This document shows, piece after piece, positions 50,285 through 59,032 of a stretch of DNA of 64,000 bases; position 1 is the stretch's first letter, and every line of letters begins with the position of its first letter. The stretch is from Terriglobia bacterium (GTDB taxonomy: Bacteria > Acidobacteriota > Terriglobia > 20CM-2-55-15). The notes beneath the pieces are model-generated. The model did not search any database. It worked only from the letters and a program-made list of their open reading frames with translations, and had not been told where the DNA came from. A program made the position numbers and the translations under genes. Where the stretch lies: contig CBDCLE010000026.1 in assembly GCA_965218585.1 (NCBI GenBank), positions 256,001 through 320,000 on the forward strand. Reading direction: 5' to 3'.

Positions 50285-51094
50285 ATGAAGGAAACCATCG
50301 ATCTGGTAACGACAGCCGAAGAAATCAAGTCCTGCTGCGCACAGCTCTATGAACAGGATTTCGTTCGGATCCTCCTCGGTGACTCATTTCATCCCGGCGG
50401 TCTCGACCTGACGACGCAGTTGGGCCGTGCGATGGGTCTCAAACCGGAACTGAGAGTCCTGGACGTGGCTTCGGGCACGGGCACCAGCGCGCTACATATC
50501 ACGAAAACGTTCGGCTGTGAGGTGGTCGGTGTCGATTACGGGAAGGAGAACGTCCGCGTCGCGAACGAGGAAGCAGCCCGGCGTGGACTTAGCGATCGCG
50601 TCCGGTTCGAACACGGCGACTCAGAGCGTCTGCCTTTTGGAGACACCTCGTTCCACGCCATCGTGTGCGAATGTGCGTTCTGTACGTTTCCCGACAAAGC
50701 CGTGGCCGCCGGGGAGTTCTATCGCGTCCTCGGCCCGGGTGGTCGCGTAGGTCTCGGCGACATTACCCGAAGCGATACGCTTGCAGCCGAACTCCGTTCA
50801 TTGATGGCGTGGGTCGCCTGCATCGCTGACGCTCAACCGGTAGCTGGCTACCAGGAAAGACTTACGGCGGCCGGTTTCCGTATGGACTCGGTTACCCCTC
50901 ACGACGATGCGCTCACTGAAATGGTAAATCAGATTCGTGGGAAACTACTCGGACTGGAGATTGCGGTTGGCCTCAAGAAGATCGACCTGCCGGAAGTGGA
51001 CTTCACGAGCGCAAAAAACATGGCAAGGGCGGCTCTTGAAGCGATCAGTCGAGGTCAGTTGGGATACGCGCTCCTGACAGCGACCCGCCTGTAG
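50285..51094 (+). CDS. SAM-dependent methyltransferase, ArsM-like cysteine pattern
   Basis: SCCA, HPGG, LDVASGTG, VCECAFC, PDK...RVLGPGG, WVACIADA; ATGA overlap with radical SAM gene. Confidence 0.8.
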   Translation: MKETIDLVTTAEEIKSCCAQLYEQDFVRILLGDSFHPGGLDLTTQLGRAMGLKPELRVLDVASGTGTSALHITKTFGCEVVGVDYGKENVRVANEEAARRGLSDRVRFEHGDSERLPFGDTSFHAIVCECAFCTFPDKAVAAGEFYRVLGPGGRVGLGDITRSDTLAAELRSLMAWVACIADAQPVAGYQERLTAAGFRMDSVTPHDDALTEMVNQIRGKLLGLEIAVGLKKIDLPEVDFTSAKNMARAALEAISRGQLGYALLTATRL

Positions 51095-51146
51095 GTGCGG
51101 TCATGACCGCACGTTCCGCTCTGTGCGCTCATAGAGCGCACCTACA
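51090..51146. repeat. REP doublet (GTAG family)
   Basis: TGTAGGTGCGGTCATGACCGCAC...GTGCGCTCATAGAGCGCACCTACA; its TAG is the methyltransferase stop. Confidence 0.82.
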
Positions 51147-51154
51147 GTAAGAAT

Positions 51155-51859
51155 TCAGTCCTTCGGATTAGTCGCAAAGATCGTCAATTCTGTCGTGAAC
51201 CCGCGACCGTCCATTTCCAGGACGGCTTTTACCATGTGTGCGATGTCTTCGGCGTGAAGCTTCGTCGGGTTCTCTTTCTGATCACGGCCCGCCGTGGCCG
51301 CAAAGTTCGTAAGGACCTCGCTGGGGTTGATCAGGAACACGCGAACATTGTGAGGCCGCAATTCGGCACGCCAGCATTCAGTCATACCCCGAAGAGCAAA
51401 CTTACTCGCGTAGTAGACCGACCCGTTGGGACTGCCTTTCAACGCAGACGTCGATGCGATGTTGACGATGTTACCCTGCCCTCGCGATACGAAATGACGG
51501 GCCGCCTCGCGTCCCATCAACATTGCACCGGTTACGTTCGTCTGAAAGACGGAATCGAACTCCGCACGATCTGTATCCACCAGCGGCCTGAAGATCCCAT
51601 AGCCTGCATTGTTGACCAGTATGTCCAGGTGTCCGAAGGCCTCGAACACCTCCTGATACGTCCGCTCGACGTCTGCTTCGCTTGTGACGTCGGCCTGAAT
51701 CGGGACGGCGTTCAGAGCCTGGGCCGTCTCTTCGAGCCGCTCCGTGTTTCGCCCTGTAACGGCGACGCGTGCGCCGGCCCTTGTTAGAGATTCGGCGATG
51801 GCGCGGCCTATGCCGTTGGTTCCGCCCGTGATCAAAACACTAGCGTTCTCGAGGTTCAT
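51155..51859 (-). CDS. SDR oxidoreductase
   Basis: TGGTNGIG, NNAG, YYASK. Confidence 0.9.
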   Translation of the reverse strand: MNLENASVLITGGTNGIGRAIAESLTRAGARVAVTGRNTERLEETAQALNAVPIQADVTSEADVERTYQEVFEAFGHLDILVNNAGYGIFRPLVDTDRAEFDSVFQTNVTGAMLMGREAARHFVSRGQGNIVNIASTSALKGSPNGSVYYASKFALRGMTECWRAELRPHNVRVFLINPSEVLTNFAATAGRDQKENPTKLHAEDIAHMVKAVLEMDGRGFTTELTIFATNPKD

Positions 51860-51873
51860 CGGTAAGCCTCTTC

Positions 51874-51938
51874 TGTAGGTGCTCTCTATGAGCCATCCCT
51901 TTCGGAACGAATTTGTGCGCCGATAGAGCGCACCTACA
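51874..51938. repeat. REP doublet (GTAG family, left arm degenerate)
   Basis: TGTAGGTGCTCTCTATGAGC...GTGCGCCGATAGAGCGCACCTACA. Confidence 0.75.
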
Positions 51939-51965
51939 GGTTCGCAGCATTATTCGGGATGTGAC

Positions 51966-53333
51966 GAGGTCGTTCCAATCGGTGTGTAAAAAGAGAAGGC
52001 GGTGTACGCTTTCGGTGAATTCGAAACCGTAAGCAATCCCGGCAGCAATCGGGAGAAAGGTACACCACCCATGAAGAAGAAGAAGAACATACCGGCATCA
52101 GTGGCGTCAACGAACGCGTATGAAGGTTTGGAGGACTGGGCGCGATCCCGGGTCCAAGTCTGGCTACAGGAGCTGCTTGAGGACGAAGTCACTCAATTTC
52201 TGGGTCGGGAAAAGTCGGAGCGGAGTCCGAATCGACGAGGATACCGGAACGGTCACGGGAAGCCGCGACGCTTCGCAATGATGAACGGCACGATGGAGGT
52301 TCGACGACCTCGGGTTCGAAACACCGCCGAGCGGTTCGAGAGTCAGATCCTGCCGTATTTTCGACGGAAATCGAAACAGCTGGGCGAGCTACTTCCCGAT
52401 CTCTACCTCCACGGCCTGGCCACAGGGGACTTCGAGCAGGCCATGCGCGGACTGCTTGGCGCTGGCGCTCCGTTGTCGCGAGCATCGATCCAACGACTGA
52501 AATCGACCTGGCAGTTGGAGTATGACGAGTGGGTCCAGCAGGACCTGTCCGGCCTCGAGGTCGTGTACCAGTGGGCAGACGGCTTGTACGTGAAAGCGGG
52601 GATCGCGAAAGAGCGAGTGGCATTGCTGGTGATCATCGGAGCCTTGTCAGACGGGCGCAAAGTGCTGTTGGCCTGTGAGAGCGGGCAGCGGGAAAGCAAG
52701 GAGTCCTGGAGCCGCATTCTGCGCAATCTCCAGAGACGGGGCCTGAAGCTGGGACGGCTGACTGTCGCGGACGGTCACCTGGGCATCTGGTCCGCGCTGG
52801 CCGAGCAACAGCCCCAGGGCCAGGAACAACGCTGCTGGAACCACAAGTCGATCAACGTGGTCGATCATCTGCCGAAGACCGAGCAGCCCGCGGCCAGACA
52901 GCTGCTTCATGGGATGGCCTTCGCGAACTCCCGCGCGGCCTGCGAACGAAAGCGGGATCAGTTCGTCCGCCGATATGAGAAGAACTATCCCAAAGCGGGT
53001 GAGACGCTGTTGCGGGACTGGGACCGGATGATTACTTTCTATGAGTTCCCGAAACAACACTGGGTGCATCTGAGAACAACCAACATCGTCGAATCGCCCT
53101 TCGACATGGTTCGCCTCCGCACCAACGCCGCTCGCCGATTCAAGCGTGTCGAGAATGCAACGGCAATGATTTGGAAGCTACTACGTGTCGCTGAGAAGGC
53201 TTGGCGACACTTAAAAGGATCCGAACTCTTACAAGAGGTCTATGATGGTCAGCAATTCGCTGACGGCATCAGAGTCGTGATGAAATCGAAGGCCGCCGCC
53301 TGATGACTTTTACACACCTTTTGTAATGACCTC
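51966..53333 (+). mobile_element. IS256-family element, complete
   Basis: IRs GAGGTCGTTCCAATCGGTGTGTAAAA / TTTTACACACCTTTTGTAATGACCTC; 9-bp duplication GGATGTGAC (51957-51965, 53334-53342). Confidence 0.95.
52071..53303 (+). CDS. IS256-family transposase
   Basis: GYRNG, WADG, VADG, QRCWNHK, RTTNIVES. Confidence 0.93.
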   Translation: MKKKKNIPASVASTNAYEGLEDWARSRVQVWLQELLEDEVTQFLGREKSERSPNRRGYRNGHGKPRRFAMMNGTMEVRRPRVRNTAERFESQILPYFRRKSKQLGELLPDLYLHGLATGDFEQAMRGLLGAGAPLSRASIQRLKSTWQLEYDEWVQQDLSGLEVVYQWADGLYVKAGIAKERVALLVIIGALSDGRKVLLACESGQRESKESWSRILRNLQRRGLKLGRLTVADGHLGIWSALAEQQPQGQEQRCWNHKSINVVDHLPKTEQPAARQLLHGMAFANSRAACERKRDQFVRRYEKNYPKAGETLLRDWDRMITFYEFPKQHWVHLRTTNIVESPFDMVRLRTNAARRFKRVENATAMIWKLLRVAEKAWRHLKGSELLQEVYDGQQFADGIRVVMKSKAAA

Positions 53334-54031
53334 GGATGTGACAGTTCGATCCAGTCAAACAGTGTGTCGGTAGGATAAGGAAAAACGTGGCCCGCACCGG
53401 GGATGACGTCGACTCTTGGTTCGGCGCCAGCCAGCACTAACAGGTCGCGCGTACGCTGGGTCAAACTGACCCACTGCGTATCCCGTTCGCCGACAGCCAA
53501 CAAGACAGGTTTTCCGGCCAGCTGTGCCAGATCTCCAGAGGATCCGTATCCTCCCGGCATAACGACGACCGACCCGAAACGGTTGGGATCGACCCGTGCC
53601 ACATGGAAGGCTCCGAGTCCCCCGTTAGACTGCCCGGCCAGCGTCACACGCGCCGTATCGTAGCTGAGGTTCGCATCTACCCATTCGAAGACCGCGTCCA
53701 CAACCGAGCGGGCCGAAGTTTCAAGACCGGGACCGAACACAGCAGGTGAAACGAGAATATATCCCCGTCGGTCTGCTTCATCGAGCCAGTAGTTTCCAAG
53801 AAACGCATTTACCATGTCTACGTTTCCGGGTCCCGGGGGCAAGGCGAAGACGAGCGGATACTCTGTTGCTTCGGTATAGCCGAGGGGCAAGACGACCGTC
53901 AGGGACAGGCTCTGACCGGCCCCATAGTTCAGCGTTACGTTCCGGCGCTCTCCTGCTTCCATATTCAAACCCCAAAGGCCGAGCAGAACAGTCAAGACAA
54001 GGCCTGCGATCCACGGCAACGGTTTAGACAT
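53249..54031 (-). CDS. secreted alpha/beta hydrolase (esterase-like) with IS-derived C-terminal tail
   Basis: GQSNGG nucleophile elbow, GERD, GAGH; tail after SHP read from IS256. Confidence 0.8.
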   Translation of the reverse strand: MSKPLPWIAGLVLTVLLGLWGLNMEAGERRNVTLNYGAGQSLSLTVVLPLGYTEATEYPLVFALPPGPGNVDMVNAFLGNYWLDEADRRGYILVSPAVFGPGLETSARSVVDAVFEWVDANLSYDTARVTLAGQSNGGLGAFHVARVDPNRFGSVVVMPGGYGSSGDLAQLAGKPVLLAVGERDTQWVSLTQRTRDLLVLAGAEPRVDVIPGAGHVFPYPTDTLFDWIELSHPRSLQKVCKSHQAAAFDFITTLMPSANC

Positions 54032-54509
54032 TCGAATCACCTTCCACCAGTTCGTAGGACGACGTTATCGGTATAGCCGGGTTAATACTGCGGTATACGG
54101 GACACTTGTTGGCAAACATTCCGTGGACCCGTTCGACAACCTCACGCGCGTCTTCCGATGCATAGAGACGCATGTTCACATGAATACGTTTGATAACCAG
54201 CGTGCCGCCGTCGGTCTCCACCTCACCTGTGACGTCTGCCGTGAGCCGGCCGGCGGAAGCATCAATCTTGCGCGCCTCCAGCGCGCCCCCGAAGGTTCCC
54301 ACCATTCAACCACCGGCAGCGGCTACGACGTAATCGAGCGTTGTCGCGTGGACTTCGCCGAGTTTTTCCGGATCTACGCCGTAGTGTTCGGCAATAGCGC
54401 CATGAACGCCGAACCATACCGGTTCGCTTTCTGCGGGAATCGTCGCCAGACGCAACGGACCCTTTTTCCGTTCGAGCTTAACGCGCGAAACGTATTTCAC
54501 TTCACCCAT
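54024..54509 (-). CDS. OsmC-family selenoprotein (Sec at codon 68)
   Basis: Two same-frame ORFs joined by TGA at 54308-54306 in AAAGG-U-MVGT; second Cys in KCPVY; SECIS-like hairpin. Confidence 0.8.
54270..54286 (-). promoter_or_regulatory. candidate bacterial SECIS apical stem-loop
   Basis: GCGCGC-UGGAG-GCGCGC, loop 25 nt after UGA, G at loop position 2. Confidence 0.6.
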
Positions 54510-54558
54510 GGAATCCTCCCCCGCAATGGTAACCCTCGATCGGACATTTCAGGACTTA

Positions 54559-54582
54559 TGTGCGCTGATAGAGCGCACCTAG
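54559..54582. repeat. single REP
   Basis: TGTGCGCTGATAGAGCGCACCTAG; overlaps the stop of the M28 peptidase. Confidence 0.65.
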
Positions 54583-55568
54583 AGTTCAGACAGGTCAAAC
54601 TCCGTCAGCACCTCGAACAGAAGCGTCGCGAACAACTCCAGCCGCTCGTTGATCCTGCCGGGGAATGTCGACTCGATATAAGCCAATGTGTCGAATGGTG
54701 TGTGCCAGATGTAACCCGCTTCTCCGAACCGGGGATCAACCTGAACATAACCGTCCCGTTCCCCTAATGCCCAATTGGTCGATTCAAAATACGCGTACTG
54801 TATGCCGACGTCTTCAAACGGCGCATGGTCGGAGAAGTCACCGGTCGTCCCGGCGGGAAATCTCGGATTTTCGCCAGATTGTGTTCGGACGTCGAGATTC
54901 TGTTCTTGCGCTCTCGCCAGAATCCATTCGCGGACCACACCTTCATCTCCGGCGTCCCCATAGACATAGGCGATGTCCCCGGCGACCAGACTGTCCAGGT
55001 TGATCATCGCCACAACCTGTTCCCGCTCTTCGGTCGTCAGCTGGTCCACGTAGTGGCGCGACCCTGCAAGACCCGCTTCTTCAGCGCCGAAAGCGATGAA
55101 CCGTATCGTGTAGTCTGTCTCTACGTCCCAGACGGCAGCAGCAATCTCGAGCATCACGCCGACGCCGGACGCGTTGTCACCGGCGCCCCGGCCGCGAACC
55201 TCCGAGTCGTAATGGGCACCGACAACGATCTCCCGGGCAGAAACGCCTCCCTTCACTGCAACGACGTTCGCCGATTCCTCGATCGAGGGACGGCCCCGTG
55301 GCCCGACGTTAAAAGTGAAGGGTTGAATCAGGGTCGGATAGCCCGTTTCGCGGAAGACACCTTCAATGTAAGTCGCTGCCCGAGCCTCTTCGCGGCTGCC
55401 GGCCACACGCGCGCCGATACCTTCGGACAGCATGTCGATGTGTTGACGCGCCACAACCCCGAAACCGGTCTCGGTGACCTGGCCCGATCCGATCAATGGG
55501 CTGTTCAGGGAAAATGTGAGAGCCGCTACAAGAAAACAGGACAGCGCGGAAGCTTCAGGAGATCGCAT
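54579..55568 (-). CDS. M28 family aminopeptidase (Iap-like)
   Basis: GAHYDS, GAGDNASG, GAEEAGL, INLD, SDH, WHT. Confidence 0.9.
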   Translation of the reverse strand: MRSPEASALSCFLVAALTFSLNSPLIGSGQVTETGFGVVARQHIDMLSEGIGARVAGSREEARAATYIEGVFRETGYPTLIQPFTFNVGPRGRPSIEESANVVAVKGGVSAREIVVGAHYDSEVRGRGAGDNASGVGVMLEIAAAVWDVETDYTIRFIAFGAEEAGLAGSRHYVDQLTTEEREQVVAMINLDSLVAGDIAYVYGDAGDEGVVREWILARAQEQNLDVRTQSGENPRFPAGTTGDFSDHAPFEDVGIQYAYFESTNWALGERDGYVQVDPRFGEAGYIWHTPFDTLAYIESTFPGRINERLELFATLLFEVLTEFDLSEL

Positions 55569-56568
55569 GTTCGATCCGAGGATAAACCTTTCGCGCGTTC
55601 TCTTCGAAAATCTTCTGCTTCTCTTCATCGCTCAACCAGGAAGCCTGATCTATGTAACGCTTCGTATCGTCGTAGTAATGTCCCGTTTCCGGGTCGATCC
55701 CCCGGACGGCGCCCACCATTTCGGAACCGAAGATTATGTTGTCGACAGGTACGACCTTAGTCAGCAACTCGATGCCTGGCATGTGATAGACACAGGTGTC
55801 GAAGAAGATATTGTCGCGTATGAGATCAGTTAGCAACGGAAAGTTCTTGTCCTGAGCGATACCCCGATAGCGGCCCCAATGGTAGGGCACGGCACCCCCC
55901 CCGTGCGGGATCACAAACCTCAACGTCGGGAAATCCTTGAAGAGGTCTGACGTCAGGAACTGCATGAAGGCCGTCGTATCGGCGGCCAGATAATGCGCGC
56001 CGGTCGTATGGAAGGCCGGGTTGCATGAGGCGCTGACGTGGACCATCGCCGGCACATCCAGCTCGACCATCTTCTCGTAAAACGGATACCAGTACTTGTC
56101 ACCGAGCGGGGGTGCGGTCCAGCTTCCACCGGACGGGTCGGGGTTCAGGTTGCAACCAATCATGCCCAGCTGGTTGACACACCGTTCGAGCTCAGCAATG
56201 CAGTTATCCGGCGGCACTCCGGGAGACTGCGGCAACTGACAGACCCCAACGAAGTTTTTCGGGTACAACATGCAGAGCCGATAGATCAGATCATTACAGT
56301 GCTCACTCCAGTACCTGCTGACGTCGGCATCTCCCAGATGATGGGCCATCCAGGACGCGCGTGGCGAAAAGATCGTCATATCTGTTCCGCGCTCGCGCTG
56401 CAGCTTCAACTGCGCACCTTCGACGCTCTCACTGAGGCGGTCGTCGGTAATGTCTAGTGTGCCTTTTGAAGCAGGTTGGGCTGCTTCGAACGCCGCGATC
56501 TGCCCCTGGCGGTATTCTCCGAGTTCCTCGGGCGCCGTTGTGTAGTGTCCGTGGCAGTCGATGATCAT
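55555..56568 (-). CDS. ligJ: 4-oxalomesaconate hydratase-like amidohydrolase
   Basis: MIIDCHGHYTTAP, FSPRAS, QLPQSPG, PHGGGAVPYHWGR, FDTCVYH, SEMVGAV. Confidence 0.85.
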   Translation of the reverse strand: MIIDCHGHYTTAPEELGEYRQGQIAAFEAAQPASKGTLDITDDRLSESVEGAQLKLQRERGTDMTIFSPRASWMAHHLGDADVSRYWSEHCNDLIYRLCMLYPKNFVGVCQLPQSPGVPPDNCIAELERCVNQLGMIGCNLNPDPSGGSWTAPPLGDKYWYPFYEKMVELDVPAMVHVSASCNPAFHTTGAHYLAADTTAFMQFLTSDLFKDFPTLRFVIPHGGGAVPYHWGRYRGIAQDKNFPLLTDLIRDNIFFDTCVYHMPGIELLTKVVPVDNIIFGSEMVGAVRGIDPETGHYYDDTKRYIDQASWLSDEEKQKIFEENARKVYPRIEHAIS

Positions 56569-56576
56569 GGTTCCCT

Positions 56577-58871
56577 TCAAAACCGGTGCGTGTAGACCAA
56601 TTTTGTGGCCGCAGTCCGGTCGAGTGTAATCCGCCCGTCTCGGGCCGGGTCGTCGAGCCAATTCTGGGCGTAAACGAAATGGAGATCGTTGCCCGGACGC
56701 AAGATCCATCGAAATCGCATCTGCCAGCCCAGAACCCGACTGACCGAATCATACTGGATATTGTTGACGGCGAATATCCAGGGAGTGAATTGCGTGTTGA
56801 CGTTCAGACGGTGAACGCGTGTTGAAAAATCGCCTTCGGGAAGCTCGATACGGTTCCACTCGTTGTCTAGATTGATGAGGACGCCGGCTCGCGGACGAAT
56901 TCCTATATCCAGTGAAAAATCCCTACGGTCTCCGGTGAAGAAAGTCCCGTCTTCGTAGCGGGCCGACAGCGACAAGATACGCCGGCTCGCAGTACTGGCG
57001 TCTATCCGATACCGCGTGAAGTTGTACTCCACACCTCCTGGGAGAACCACACCATCAGAAATCTCAAAGTCCCGTAAGAGTCGCTCGTAACTCGGATTCA
57101 GAAGGAACAAGAGGCTGTCGCCGCTCTGAAAGACCACCTCGAAAGGGTAGATATTCATATTGCGGGTCAGTAGCTGGTTCGCCGTGTCGGTAATGATTTC
57201 GGGATCAAACCGGAAACCGAAGCGGCGTACTAGACGGGATTCACTCGGTCGTGGAAGCCAAACGATGTCGGGGTTGTAACGTCGGATACCCCTCCGGTTG
57301 ATGAATCCAACAGCCGGGTCGTAGTGTTCCTGGATCTCCCGCGCCGCCATGCGGATATCCCACACGTCGTTAGGATATTCAACCCGTAATCCCCACGCGG
57401 CACGGTCTTCCAACCCGGCGCCGGTGGTCCAGACATAGAAGCCGCTGAAGTTCAGGTTGTCGGAACCTCTAAATCGCGCAGTCCTCAACTGAAAATCGAC
57501 ACCAGCCGTGTGCTCTACTTGCCGACGCGTTCCACGGGGGGCACGCCGTGTGTAGATACCACCCACGTAGGACTGCAGCAGAAAACGCCTCTTTGTTCTC
57601 AGGACGGTGAAATCCTCTCCAACCTGCGCAGTGTTCGCCCCGGTTCGGACCTGGAGCACTCCCAGATCGAACGCCCCAGCCTGACCGGTCAACTTTGCTC
57701 CAAAATCTATCCGTTGCGGTCGTCCGTCCGTCAGGCCGATCCGGCGGCTGAAAAAGGGCCGGACGCCGCCGCCCTGCTCCCGGGAGAAATCGAAAAACGT
57801 CGAGCCATCCAGGAAGAAATCACGTCGTTCAGCGAAGAACAGTGGAAAACGCGTCAGGTTCACTCTGCGATTGTCGACTTCAGTCTCTGCGAAATCCGTG
57901 TTGACAGTGAAGTTGGCTTTGAGCTGCGGAGTCACGCTATAGATGAAATCAACTCCAACATCTCCCTGATACAGGGAATCGACGGCTCGAAGCGTCGAGT
58001 CCGTGTACGTACCTGTCGTGTACGGCTGCACGTCCAAACCCAAACCCTGACTGACATCTGAAATGCCGGTCAGCAATCCGGCATTCGACATCCGTTCAAG
58101 GCCCTGGTTCCTCGCAAAACCTGTCCACAAACTCTCTTCGTTCCGCCGCTGGAGCGTACGCTGAAAATTGATCCCCCATGCCGGCACATTGGGATCGAAG
58201 TTCACTGTCCGAAACGGAATTTCAATCTCGATCGTCCATCCGATGTCACTTTTTTGGACACTGCCGTACCAGATACCGTCCCAAGCAAGTTCGCCACCAC
58301 TCCCTTCCCTATTGAAGTCGGTCACGCCACCACTGTTCATCAGGGTGTCTCTCATGGCACCGCTGGGATTCATCTCGAAAAGGTATCCGGAACGCCCGTC
58401 GAGATACGTATCGATCGTCCACCGGAACCGGTCGTCGGCCGAAAGCGACGCGTCGCGTTGCATTGTGTTCGCTATGATCGCATCCGGTTCGGAGTCATAA
58501 CAGATCACTCCGATGTATAGAGCGTCTTCAGTGAAGAGGATTCGTACTTCCGTCGGTTGGGTCGCGGGTTCGCCGAGATCCGGATCCTGTTGGATGAAGT
58601 CGGAAGCTGGAACGGCACGTTCCCAGGCGGCTTCATTCAGAAGACCATCAACATTCACGTTTTCGCCCGGACTTAGCCGGACCGCTGCGACGCGAGGCTG
58701 TCCTTCATAAAGCGAGAGGTCGTACCCTTCCAAATCCGGACGGTCTTGCTGGGCTATACCGGGAATGACGGCAAAGATCCCCAAGACGCACGACAGAGGG
58801 AGGGTTCGAAAACCACGGGGCTTCAACGAGGCCCGGTGCCGTTTCGAGCCCATCCCATCAGAATCTGTCAT
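56577..58871 (-). CDS. CBM9-like/DUF5916 outer-membrane protein
   Basis: VDGLLNEAAW, EIEIPF, NTDFAETEVD, FAERRDFF, FFSRRIG, C-terminal RF. Confidence 0.82.
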   Translation of the reverse strand: MTDSDGMGSKRHRASLKPRGFRTLPLSCVLGIFAVIPGIAQQDRPDLEGYDLSLYEGQPRVAAVRLSPGENVNVDGLLNEAAWERAVPASDFIQQDPDLGEPATQPTEVRILFTEDALYIGVICYDSEPDAIIANTMQRDASLSADDRFRWTIDTYLDGRSGYLFEMNPSGAMRDTLMNSGGVTDFNREGSGGELAWDGIWYGSVQKSDIGWTIEIEIPFRTVNFDPNVPAWGINFQRTLQRRNEESLWTGFARNQGLERMSNAGLLTGISDVSQGLGLDVQPYTTGTYTDSTLRAVDSLYQGDVGVDFIYSVTPQLKANFTVNTDFAETEVDNRRVNLTRFPLFFAERRDFFLDGSTFFDFSREQGGGVRPFFSRRIGLTDGRPQRIDFGAKLTGQAGAFDLGVLQVRTGANTAQVGEDFTVLRTKRRFLLQSYVGGIYTRRAPRGTRRQVEHTAGVDFQLRTARFRGSDNLNFSGFYVWTTGAGLEDRAAWGLRVEYPNDVWDIRMAAREIQEHYDPAVGFINRRGIRRYNPDIVWLPRPSESRLVRRFGFRFDPEIITDTANQLLTRNMNIYPFEVVFQSGDSLLFLLNPSYERLLRDFEISDGVVLPGGVEYNFTRYRIDASTASRRILSLSARYEDGTFFTGDRRDFSLDIGIRPRAGVLINLDNEWNRIELPEGDFSTRVHRLNVNTQFTPWIFAVNNIQYDSVSRVLGWQMRFRWILRPGNDLHFVYAQNWLDDPARDGRITLDRTAATKLVYTHRF

Positions 58872-59032
58872 TTTGAAAACGTTCGCTTAATGCTTAATGA
58901 ATGTAGGTCAAGCCTGGAAAACCGATGCCACTGTGGCCGGCGCGGCATGTAGACTCAAACCTTAAAATCCTACCATGAGATCAATCCCGCTCATTCCAAA
59001 ACCAAGGCGAAGAGCTTGATGGCGCTGGTGCG

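Larger units (their letters stand above)
47308..50288 (+). pseudogene. Tes/GDGT-MAS-like (COG1964) radical SAM protein interrupted by IS701 after codon 5; residual ORF 48837..50288
   Basis: CPEC, CPDC, GCPHDCGLCPDH, CNMNCPLC, SGGEPT, PCCFPTC, KCC, PFCAYN; removing the IS restores ATG 47308 in frame. Confidence 0.85.
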
